A DNA stretch of 64,000 nt, from IMG/VR virus record IMGVR_UViG_3300045131_002121, positions 1 to 64,000 of that record; one strand, written 5' to 3'. Below the pieces are notes generated by a model. It made no database searches and was not told the DNA's origin. It worked only from the letters and a program-made list of their open reading frames with translations. Made by a program: the position numbers and the translations under genes. The DNA is from a virus. Below are positions 25,955 through 34,900 of the stretch, one piece after another. Numbering within the stretch: the stretch's first letter is position 1; every line of letters begins with the position of its first letter.

Positions 25955-27054
25955 GTCCATCTAAAATCATGCTTTTCTACCTGACTCGCAAAGTCGCGGC
26001 TTCCAGGATATTTAACCCCATAGTCATGGGGTCCACTATAGGTGTAGGGGCTGGGGTGGGTGCTCACGCCGCTGGTGAAAATTTACCTGCAGCGATTAGT
26101 GATGCGGTCACACTTGGTATGATTGGTGGTTCCGCATTCAGTAGAGGCACTAAACGTAAGCTCTTTGGTGGAGACGCCGGGCAGGCCCGACGAGATCTCC
26201 AGGCAGGCAATCTTGCTAACTCCTCGGTCTGGAAACACAACCCGGTGACTGGAAAGCGCGAGTTCACCTTTTTCGATGATGAGCTAAACGCACAACGCTC
26301 CGTAGCACACGACTCACCGGGGGTGATCGATGTACTCAAGGATAAGTCTTCCGCGATCACCAACCGCGCGATTATGAGAGACCTCGTGGCCAATAAACTA
26401 GGTCTAACCGCACTTACCGCTGGTGCACGTGGTGCAGTCGAGCTGGCAGGCGTCACTGGCGACATCAAGGCTGTCACTGGGGAGGCCAAGAATCAGCTCA
26501 CTGGTGATAAAGGTTTGCTTGCAGACACCTCGGCCAAAGTCAGAAACGTGACTAACCGCGCTGATAAAGCAGTTGGTAATCTTGAGAGAGGGGTTGATAG
26601 CGCTGTAAAGAATACTGAACAAGCTGGGAAGGACATAGTCTCGGTAACTGGTAACGCTGCGGCGGCATCCAAGTCACTCCCCGACATACTGACGAACACC
26701 AACAAGGCGATTGATAATCTAGGTGCAGTAGGACCCGCAGCTGCTGCGCTGCCAACAGCAATTGACTCCCTTGGGAAAAACGTCAATAAGGGGTTACAGT
26801 CGACCGCAGGTAGCATGGACTCCCTGGCCAAATCAACTGAGAGGGTAACTAACTTCTTAACAGATCCAAAGAATTATGCTATTGCTGGTGCCGGGATAGC
26901 CACCCTTGGGTTAGGGTATATCCTGTACAAGGCGTTGACAGATAAGGAAGACGAGGCTCCGACCCAAAAGGCCCCGCGTGCACCACGTAGCGCGGGTCCG
27001 CGTACCAAGTATGCCCCCGCAGATCACTCACACCCCGAATTTAAGCCGGCATGA
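25951..27054 (+). CDS. hypothetical membrane-anchored helical protein with KVAA leader
   Basis: MSPSKIMLFYLTRKVAAS; N- and C-terminal Gly-rich hydrophobic segments; amphipathic repeats. Confidence 0.7.
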   Translation: MSPSKIMLFYLTRKVAASRIFNPIVMGSTIGVGAGVGAHAAGENLPAAISDAVTLGMIGGSAFSRGTKRKLFGGDAGQARRDLQAGNLANSSVWKHNPVTGKREFTFFDDELNAQRSVAHDSPGVIDVLKDKSSAITNRAIMRDLVANKLGLTALTAGARGAVELAGVTGDIKAVTGEAKNQLTGDKGLLADTSAKVRNVTNRADKAVGNLERGVDSAVKNTEQAGKDIVSVTGNAAAASKSLPDILTNTNKAIDNLGAVGPAAAALPTAIDSLGKNVNKGLQSTAGSMDSLAKSTERVTNFLTDPKNYAIAGAGIATLGLGYILYKALTDKEDEAPTQKAPRAPRSAGPRTKYAPADHSHPEFKPA

Positions 27055-27914
27055 TGGCGTCTGGCATGTTCGGAGTCGTCGATGTCGTCGACGTCCACGG
27101 TGCCCGGCAGCTCCGAATCAATGGGCAGGTCCAGGGAGCCTCATTTCTGGAGCCCCCATCTGAACACGGGGGTCCCGGGGTTGTCTCGGCGTCCCCGTAC
27201 ACCGCGGGCTGGTTGGCCGCCGCGGTGATGAACCACAACGGCAGAGGCCTCATGGTGGGCTTGGGTAGTGGGGCCGGTGCCATCACGGTACTCGCCAACT
27301 TCCCTGGAGTCTGTCTCGATGTCGTCGAGATCGATCCCGTCGCGGTCCACATGTGCAAGCAAGGATTCCCGGAGGTCAACGCCGCCATTGAATCCGGCCG
27401 ACTCCGTGTTTTCACCGCTGACGCCCTCGCCCTGATCCCACTCATCTCGAGGTGCCCCCGGGATAGGTACCACTACGATTTCATTCTTCACGACGCCTAT
27501 GATGGCAAATCACTGATCACCGGGGATCAAGTCGACTTCTTCAAGTCCTGTGCAGCGGTTACTCCGAACATCTGGATCAACATCATTGGGCGCCCCAACA
27601 TTGATCCCATGAAGACTTTGCTTCAGGATCTCGGCACCGCTGGGGTCGCCCCTCACAGTCTCTTCTTCGCTGACCACACCTTGTTGCAGCCCTTTGATAC
27701 CAACACTGCGGGGAACCACAACTGGATAGTCTCGACGCAGGAGACAAACCCAGAGCTCCTCGATTCATTTACCCCGCATGCCGACACCGAGGGGGAAACC
27801 CCGGCGGCGCAGCGGAATCTCCATGGGGTCCGTGTGCTCTGGGAACGTGTTTTACAGACCGAGATCTCGGGTCCCGAGCTGGACGCCTATGTCGCAGGGC
27901 TTGACGCTCAGTGA
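27051..27914 (+). CDS. spermidine-synthase-like SAM-dependent transferase
   Basis: LMVGLGSGAG, VVEIDP, DA, YDFILHDAY motifs. Confidence 0.8.
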   Translation: MMASGMFGVVDVVDVHGARQLRINGQVQGASFLEPPSEHGGPGVVSASPYTAGWLAAAVMNHNGRGLMVGLGSGAGAITVLANFPGVCLDVVEIDPVAVHMCKQGFPEVNAAIESGRLRVFTADALALIPLISRCPRDRYHYDFILHDAYDGKSLITGDQVDFFKSCAAVTPNIWINIIGRPNIDPMKTLLQDLGTAGVAPHSLFFADHTLLQPFDTNTAGNHNWIVSTQETNPELLDSFTPHADTEGETPAAQRNLHGVRVLWERVLQTEISGPELDAYVAGLDAQ

Positions 27915-27948
27915 ACCCCGTCGAGACTTCCAGCATAAGGAATAACTC

Positions 27949-28830
27949 ATGCCTGGAGAATTTGACGGTGTCGTGGACTCCCTGAGCCCACAACCCACCA
28001 CACGCGAACCCCTGGAGCGAGTTGAGTACCATCTCGACCAGCACATCGATCATCGCCAGGCCTCGACGCCATCGGTGGCCGAGAGCGCTGATGCCCTTGG
28101 TATCGTGACCCTGCAGTCCCCGAATCCACAGGGCATCGCACAAGAGGTTCTCCTCGCCGCGAACCAGGATGGCCTCCCCGATGGGGCCACCGTGGTCATG
28201 AAGCCCCGCGCCGTCGAGGTCCAGAGAGGGGATGGCCCCGCGAAACGTGGCAAGGGTGCCGTGATGTCCTCCCGCGATCTCGGGCTCTCCGAGCGCCCCA
28301 TTCTGATCCAGACCTGTGCTGACGTCGACAAGTTTGGTGTCCCCATGAATATAGATGGGTTCAAACCAAAGGTGTTTGCATCGGATGGCACCGCAGCGGG
28401 GTTACAGAACATCAATGCCACGCAGTCGGTGACCAGAGAGGATGGTGGTGAAGTCCGCGTCAAGGCACCCGTGGTCAAGGCGGCCGAGGAAGCCCCAGTG
28501 ATGGCTGAGCGGGTGCCCCGTGCGGCCCCCGTGGCCCCAGTGGTCAGTGTACCCCCACCGAAGCCCCCACGTCGCCGCGTTGTCTTCATGCCCGCAGATG
28601 GCAGCAAGGTGCGCTCCCAGGTCGACGACATCATCATTAGCCCCAGCATCATCATTCTGATCTATGATGCCGATGCTGAGACCATCTACGAACCCAACCC
28701 CGCGGGAGCCAAGGCTCCCCTGCAGCTCCAGATCGATGCGAACTCGTATCAGTGCATTTACGGGGGGTGGTCGGCGGAGAAGGACAACAAGCTGTATTTT
28801 GTTTTCGTCATTGTTCCCGCCGCCCAGTAG
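27949..28830 (+). CDS. hypothetical protein
   Basis: AAGGAA RBS; beta-rich C-terminal domain. Confidence 0.7.
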   Translation: MPGEFDGVVDSLSPQPTTREPLERVEYHLDQHIDHRQASTPSVAESADALGIVTLQSPNPQGIAQEVLLAANQDGLPDGATVVMKPRAVEVQRGDGPAKRGKGAVMSSRDLGLSERPILIQTCADVDKFGVPMNIDGFKPKVFASDGTAAGLQNINATQSVTREDGGEVRVKAPVVKAAEEAPVMAERVPRAAPVAPVVSVPPPKPPRRRVVFMPADGSKVRSQVDDIIISPSIIILIYDADAETIYEPNPAGAKAPLQLQIDANSYQCIYGGWSAEKDNKLYFVFVIVPAAQ

Positions 28831-28893
28831 TCTTGTCCGGTTTGCTCCTCAGAGTACGCTGGGACACCGCTGCTACCTAGATTGGGAACTCCT

Positions 28894-29091
28894 ATGCCAC
28901 ATTGCGCTGATGCCTCGACGGAACCCGTGCTCGCCGCGATCGCTGAAGACGCCGGAGCCGAGACCGCGATTCGCATGAACTCCCGTGTTTTCGCCGTTGT
29001 CGGGATAAGTGATGAGGTCGCCGCCGAGAACATCCAGCGCCTGTGTGCTCAGGCCACACTGTTACACGATTATCACCCGAGCCCACGATAA
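28894..29091 (+). CDS. small hypothetical protein (start uncertain)
   Basis: Fills the gap before the portal; in frame with the upstream gene after its TAG. Confidence 0.35.
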   Translation: MPHCADASTEPVLAAIAEDAGAETAIRMNSRVFAVVGISDEVAAENIQRLCAQATLLHDYHPSPR

Positions 29092-29103
29092 GGTTCTGAC
29101 CCC

Positions 29104-31959
29104 ATGGCAAATCTCAATGTCAATGGTGGGGATCGCGGCCAAGCCGTTCGTCAGCTCCATGTCCCCTGGCTCGACTATGCCTCCACGGTGATGCCCACCA
29201 ACCATGAGCTCATCATGTGGTGGGCCCAGTACCTCTGGCTCACCGATGGCAACTATCGTTCTGCTTTTGGACGTGTGATCTCCCACTTCATCACCAATGT
29301 CCAGTTCCCAGCGCTCTCCGAGAACGAGGAGTCCGAGTTCAAGGATCTCTTCCAGAAGCATCTCAATTATCAGAGAGAACTCAAAGCCGCGGGATCCGAT
29401 TTCCTGTGCTTCCACGGCGACACCAAGGCGGTTACCCGGAAAGGTGTCTTCAAGCTGCGTGACCTCGCTGGCCAGACCGTGGACGTCCTCTCCCAGGGCG
29501 GCGTGTACCGCAAGGCGCACTTCAAGTCCTTTGGTCGTCAGGAGCTTCTTGAGGTTACCTTCAGCGACGGCCGCACTGTCCTGGCAACCCCGGAGCACCA
29601 GTGGATCGTGGCGAAGTCGACCGGTGGAGCCGTCAAGGTTCCAACGACCAAGCTCCAGGGCCGTCGCATCGAGCGCACCGTGGCTACACGCCCCGCTCAG
29701 GGGGATGAGTACCGGGCCGGTGTCCGGCATGGCTTCGTGTTCGGGGATGGCTCCACATACAACAAGCACCGCAAGACTCCCCAGGGCGTCGCCAACTTCT
29801 ACGGCGCCAAAGACGCCGAGATGGTGCCGTTCTTCGAGGGTTTCGGTGGTGAACCCCGTTCCTACACCACGGCGACCGGTGGGGATCTCATCAAGATCCA
29901 CGGGCTCCCCGCGGAGTGGAAACAGCTCCCGGATCCCTGCGCCAGTGCGGAATACTGGTACGGGTTCGTGTCCGGCTTCATGGCGGCCGATGGTTCAGTG
30001 GACACCTATGGCTGCTGCATCCTGACCCAGAAGTCCAGGGCCACCCTAGAAGCCATCGCGCTGCAGCTCCCCCGCATCGGCATGGTAGCTGGCCCCATTC
30101 GGAGCCATGCGCGCGTCGCCGATCTCTCCGAAGTCAACGGGGACCCCGAGGGGATCTATGAAGGCGAGATAAGTTACGTGACACTGCTAAAGCAGTTCAT
30201 GCAGCCGCAGGACATCCTGCTGTCGAGTCACAAGGCCAAGTTCGATTCGAGCCCGTCGTCGGCGAGTTACGGTAAGTTCATCAGGGTGACCTCTGTCAAG
30301 CCGACTGGCATCTTCGATGAGGTCTTCTGCTGCGTTGAGCACGAGACCCACAGCTTTGTCCTGGAGAACGGCGTCCTGACAGGTAACTGTTACGGCAACG
30401 TATTCCTCTCGATCTACCTACCATTCAAACGGCATCTGTCCTGCCCGCATTGCTACTTTGAACAGCCCATCAAGCATGTCGACTACACCATTGAGCTCAC
30501 CGCACAGCGTGGAGTTCGCTGGCTCCGCAAGAAGCCGTGCCCCCAGTGTGGGAACACCCAGGACTTCGTGCTCCGGGATCGCAAGGATCCCGATATCTCC
30601 CGGATCCGGGTTCTCCGCTACTCCCCCTTTGAGATCGAGCTCGCCCAGAACTTTTGGTCGCAACGCAAGAATGTGTGGTGGCGGATCCCCAATGACTTCC
30701 GCCAGGACATCCTGTCGAAGGCGCGCATCTTCGTTGACGACACCCCCATCGAGGTCCTCGAAGCCGTCGCCGTCAATGGGCGGCTCCTCTTCGACGAAGA
30801 CATGATCTATCACGTCGATGAACCCGTGATCTCAGGGATGCGGACTCGTGGCTGGGGTGTCCCCGCCTCGATCTCCAACTTCCGGACATTCTGGTTACAG
30901 CAGATCCTGAACCGCGCCGACCAAGCCATTGCTTCCGATTACACCTTGGGTCTCCGTTTGATTTCGCCGGCAATGGCGAACCAGAACGATCCCATGATCC
31001 AGCATGGCATGGATAACTTTGTTGGCGGCATGAATCGCATCATCAATGCGCATCGCGCCGAACCCATGTCGTACCACACCGCCCCGTATCCCGTGAACTA
31101 CCAGTTCCTGGGTGGTGAAGGCAAGGACCTCCTGCCCGCGGACAAGTTGAAGTTCCGTCAGCAGGAATCCCTGAACCAATGCAATGTTCCACTTGAGTAC
31201 CACCAGATGACTCTGACTGCTCAGGCGGCTCCGATGGCCCTGCGGCTCTTTGAATCGGCGTGGTCGGCGGTACCCTCGATGTACACCTCGATCCTGCAAT
31301 GGATCGTTAAAGTTGCGGCTCGTAACTTTGGTCTCGAGGAAACCGATGTCCGCATCCAACGCAGTACCATCGCGGATGACCAGGAACGCAAGAACATCCT
31401 CATGCAGCTCATGGCTGCGAATCAGATCAGTCCCCAGACTGCCCTGGAACCCCTTGGGGTCCTCGCCGGTGATGAAGCCCGAAAGGTCTTCAAGCACCAA
31501 GAGTTCATCCAGGAGCTCCAGAAGGAGCAGGACGACAAGGCACTCAAGGATCAGGAGATGGGTGCTGTCAGCGCCCTCGCCGGAGCCCAGAGCCCCTCGG
31601 CGATGCTGCAGCAGCAGCAACAGGCCGCCCAGCAGCAAGGCGGCGCTGGTGCCCCGCCTCCGGGGATGCCAATGGGTGGAGCCCCAATGGGAGGGCTTCC
31701 CGCTGGCGGCGGTGCCAATGCGGGTACCCTGAGTGGCATGGCTTCCCAGGCCGAGCAGATCGCTGGTCAACTCGCCGGGATGCCGGAATGGGATCGCAAG
31801 CAGCAGCTCAAGGCGCTCAGAGAAGGCAACAAAGATCTCCATGGCCTCGTCAAGGCCAAGCTGGATGAGATTCGCCAGCAGGCGTCCTCACAGGGCCAGC
31901 AGATGCTTCTCCAGGGTGGGCAGGGAGGTCAAGCCCCTGGTGGTGGAGCTCCCCAATGA
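29104..31959 (+). CDS. putative portal protein, intein-containing, with Zn-ribbon insertion
   Basis: Spliced junction GSDFL|CYGNVFL resembles the portal 'xYGNAF' motif; IYH...RGWGVP resembles portal 'G.S/P'; CPHC...CPQC; position in the head operon; 624 aa after splicing. Confidence 0.65.
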   Translation: MANLNVNGGDRGQAVRQLHVPWLDYASTVMPTNHELIMWWAQYLWLTDGNYRSAFGRVISHFITNVQFPALSENEESEFKDLFQKHLNYQRELKAAGSDFLCFHGDTKAVTRKGVFKLRDLAGQTVDVLSQGGVYRKAHFKSFGRQELLEVTFSDGRTVLATPEHQWIVAKSTGGAVKVPTTKLQGRRIERTVATRPAQGDEYRAGVRHGFVFGDGSTYNKHRKTPQGVANFYGAKDAEMVPFFEGFGGEPRSYTTATGGDLIKIHGLPAEWKQLPDPCASAEYWYGFVSGFMAADGSVDTYGCCILTQKSRATLEAIALQLPRIGMVAGPIRSHARVADLSEVNGDPEGIYEGEISYVTLLKQFMQPQDILLSSHKAKFDSSPSSASYGKFIRVTSVKPTGIFDEVFCCVEHETHSFVLENGVLTGNCYGNVFLSIYLPFKRHLSCPHCYFEQPIKHVDYTIELTAQRGVRWLRKKPCPQCGNTQDFVLRDRKDPDISRIRVLRYSPFEIELAQNFWSQRKNVWWRIPNDFRQDILSKARIFVDDTPIEVLEAVAVNGRLLFDEDMIYHVDEPVISGMRTRGWGVPASISNFRTFWLQQILNRADQAIASDYTLGLRLISPAMANQNDPMIQHGMDNFVGGMNRIINAHRAEPMSYHTAPYPVNYQFLGGEGKDLLPADKLKFRQQESLNQCNVPLEYHQMTLTAQAAPMALRLFESAWSAVPSMYTSILQWIVKVAARNFGLEETDVRIQRSTIADDQERKNILMQLMAANQISPQTALEPLGVLAGDEARKVFKHQEFIQELQKEQDDKALKDQEMGAVSALAGAQSPSAMLQQQQQAAQQQGGAGAPPPGMPMGGAPMGGLPAGGGANAGTLSGMASQAEQIAGQLAGMPEWDRKQQLKALREGNKDLHGLVKAKLDEIRQQASSQGQQMLLQGGQGGQAPGGGAPQ
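29407..30387 (+). mobile_element. intein with LAGLIDADG homing endonuclease (327 aa)
   Basis: Block A CFHGDT, block B ATPEHQW, GFVFGDGS and GFMAADGS, terminal HSFVLENGVLTGN followed by +1 Cys. Confidence 0.92.
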
Positions 31960-34900
31960 AACCCAAGGCGGAGATCAAGCGCGTCAAGAATCGACGCGCT
32001 CATTTTCCTATTGCTGAGCTCCGCAACAATACACCCAATTTCTTTGGGCATGGCAAGACACGTAAACTCGCCGCGCACTCCAGGAACCCGCATCACGACG
32101 AGGACGACGAAGACGAGAAGTCTGATACCTGGATCTGGTTAGCCGCCATTGGTGGTCTCGGCGCCGCAGGCTATCTCTGGATCAAGAACTACCCAGATAA
32201 GGCTCGAGAAGTCCTGACCTCGATAGGGGCCATGAGGATCCCTGGGCTCAGCGATCTCGTGGATACCATTGCGGGGGGTAAGACTCCGAATCCCAAACAA
32301 GAGGAGACCGTGAAGTCTGCGGCCCAGGAGATGTTGCCAAGCCTACCAGTGGTATCCGATAAGTTGTCGCCAGGTCTCAAGCTGGAATACACCGCACACC
32401 TTGCAGATGATGCCGACGCGAAAGATGGCGAGTTCAAGTTCTGGGAAGCTCCGCCTGCTCCAACCGGCGACCCCGCCAAGGACACCGCGGCTGCCCAGGA
32501 GTGGGTTGGGCGCAGGTACTGGGCCGCGTTGACCTATGAAGGCGGCAAGGAGAGTGGGTTGTCACGGGACCAAATCATACGGAACTATGACGCCACTGTT
32601 GGCAAGGCAGGTGAGTCGTATTCCCGAAAGGCCATAGAGGAGACCACACGTCGAGTGGTCAATACGTCTATAGCATTCAACGAGTATCGCGCATCTGGGT
32701 TACCCCCATTACTTTTTAACGTGGATCCAAAGTTGGCGGGAACCCGCGAGGGTTATGAGCCCGGACCCCAGGCCATCCAGTCTGCGCAGGACAGCATCGG
32801 TAAGGTTGATAAGGCTGGTAAGCCGTCGACTGACATTGATCTTCTCCTTATCAGTTCTGCGCTCACGGCCTCAGCGGAATCCCTGAAGGCAAGAAGTCAG
32901 CCCTCGAACATGGCCAGAGTTGCCCAGCAGGAAATGGAGAGGGCCACAGGGCTTGGGATTAACCCGACCACGGTACTCACCGCGTTCATGTCGGATCCTA
33001 GCTCGGCACCTGCCCAAGAGTTCGTCAAGAAACTTAGAGCAGGCTTTATTGCGGATGTCTCTAAGACAGTGGCCCAGCACAATGACACCGCGGGGGCCAT
33101 GTCTCCGTTTCGCGAGCAGTTCAAGAATGTACCCCAGGACACCGAATCAGTTCTGAAAGCTGGGGTGGATACTGGAGACCTATTACGAAGTGCTTTCAAC
33201 GCACATTCCACAATAATCGCGCAGATCCGGCTTCGAGATTCCCTGGCCATTGAACAGAAGTCTGACTATATCAAAGCACAGCTCACCGCGCTGCAAAATG
33301 GGTACACCCCCGCGAAAACGGTGGCTGCATCTCTCGTCGACGCAGTCGACGTCCCCGCTGAAATAATTTCACCGTTTCTGGGCTATATCAACATTGCTTT
33401 GTCCAAGGTACTGCCCACTGACTCCTCAATGAATAGATACGAGGACTCCCAGGCTGCTATCATCCAGGATGGGCCGGATGCCGTGGTCCGCAGGGATCTC
33501 AACAAGCTCACGGAGACCTATCAGCGTGCTGTTGCGCTTTATGCCGCCGGTGATCACGCAGGTGCCAAGAACCTCGCCAGGGCCAGTTTATCAGCTGAGG
33601 TCAAGAACGGGTCTGAGGTCGCCCAGTCCGCACTCAACTCCAATGCTGTCGGAGGTGCGGCTCAGAATACGACCTGGATGCTGTCGTCTATCGCATCGCG
33701 GAATGCAGGTTACCTGATAACCCCAGTCCTGTTATCAGGTGCCACGATCGTCGGGTTACATGGGCAATGGTCCAGTGATCCCGAGGCCTCCAAGAAACCA
33801 TTTTTAAGTTACGCAGGTGAGCACGCCGATACTATCGCGGAGAGTATTGGGAAATCGGCAAGCCAGTTCGCGACTCAGAAATACTACTGGAATAAATTGG
33901 ATCCCGCGCTGCGAGAGACCCTCTCGAAGTCTGCCCCCGGCGTTAGCCAGGCCACCCTATACCAGCGTTTTAAGGGGGCGGTAAAGGCAACTGGCGAAGC
34001 CGTGAAAAATCCAAAGAATATATTGACATACGGAAAGACCGTGTTGCAGGGGATGGGGAATCGTGCGTCAGTTCTTGGAAGGGTGGTGACCTCAGATGCC
34101 CTCGCTGGTGCCGCGGCGCCTTCCACAGCTGCGGCTGCGAACCAGTTTGGTAATGCACTCAGAGCTATCAGGTTGGGGGCCACCAACATAGTGGGAGCCG
34201 GGATTATTATGGAGGGTGTGGCCTCAGCGTGGGATGTCGGCAGGGTTTTGTATGCACGTGACAAATATGACGACGAACACATACAGGATATGGCACGGCT
34301 CGCGTTTGCCTATGAAGGCAAACAGGTAGGGCTGTTCGACTTTGTCACCCAGCCGGTCAATGCGGCAAAGGTATGGATGGCACGCGAGGCATATAAGGGC
34401 GAGAACCAGAGTCCACACGCTCTTGGTTATAGGAAGGGACTCGAGTGGGTGATGGAGGCCAAGCTGATCAAGTCCTCGACCGACTTTGCCAACAAAGCCG
34501 TTCTCGAAAATCCGTTGTTTTCCACACTTCCAGGTGATCTCCAGCTCCAGCTCGCCAGACGGGTTGGGAGTAACGTGTATGACGATGCACGTTCGAGTGT
34601 AGAACATCTATTTGATGAAACCAATTACATTCGCCCCGAGTTCCTGGAACCCGGTGGGCGGGTCTCCAAGATACTTGATAATAGTGTTGTCGAGGCATCG
34701 GGCTCAAACATGAAGCGAGGACCAACCCCAGAAGGCCTCGATAAATCTGTATGGGATCAACACTGGCAGCCCGCGGGAAACATGACGAACTTTCAGCGCA
34801 TCTTAGGTGACGAGGGGTTCAAGCAGGTCGTCGAGGCTACTGCAACAGTTACCAGGGCGAGACTACACGACACGATCAAGGATGCGTTTGAAACTCATCC

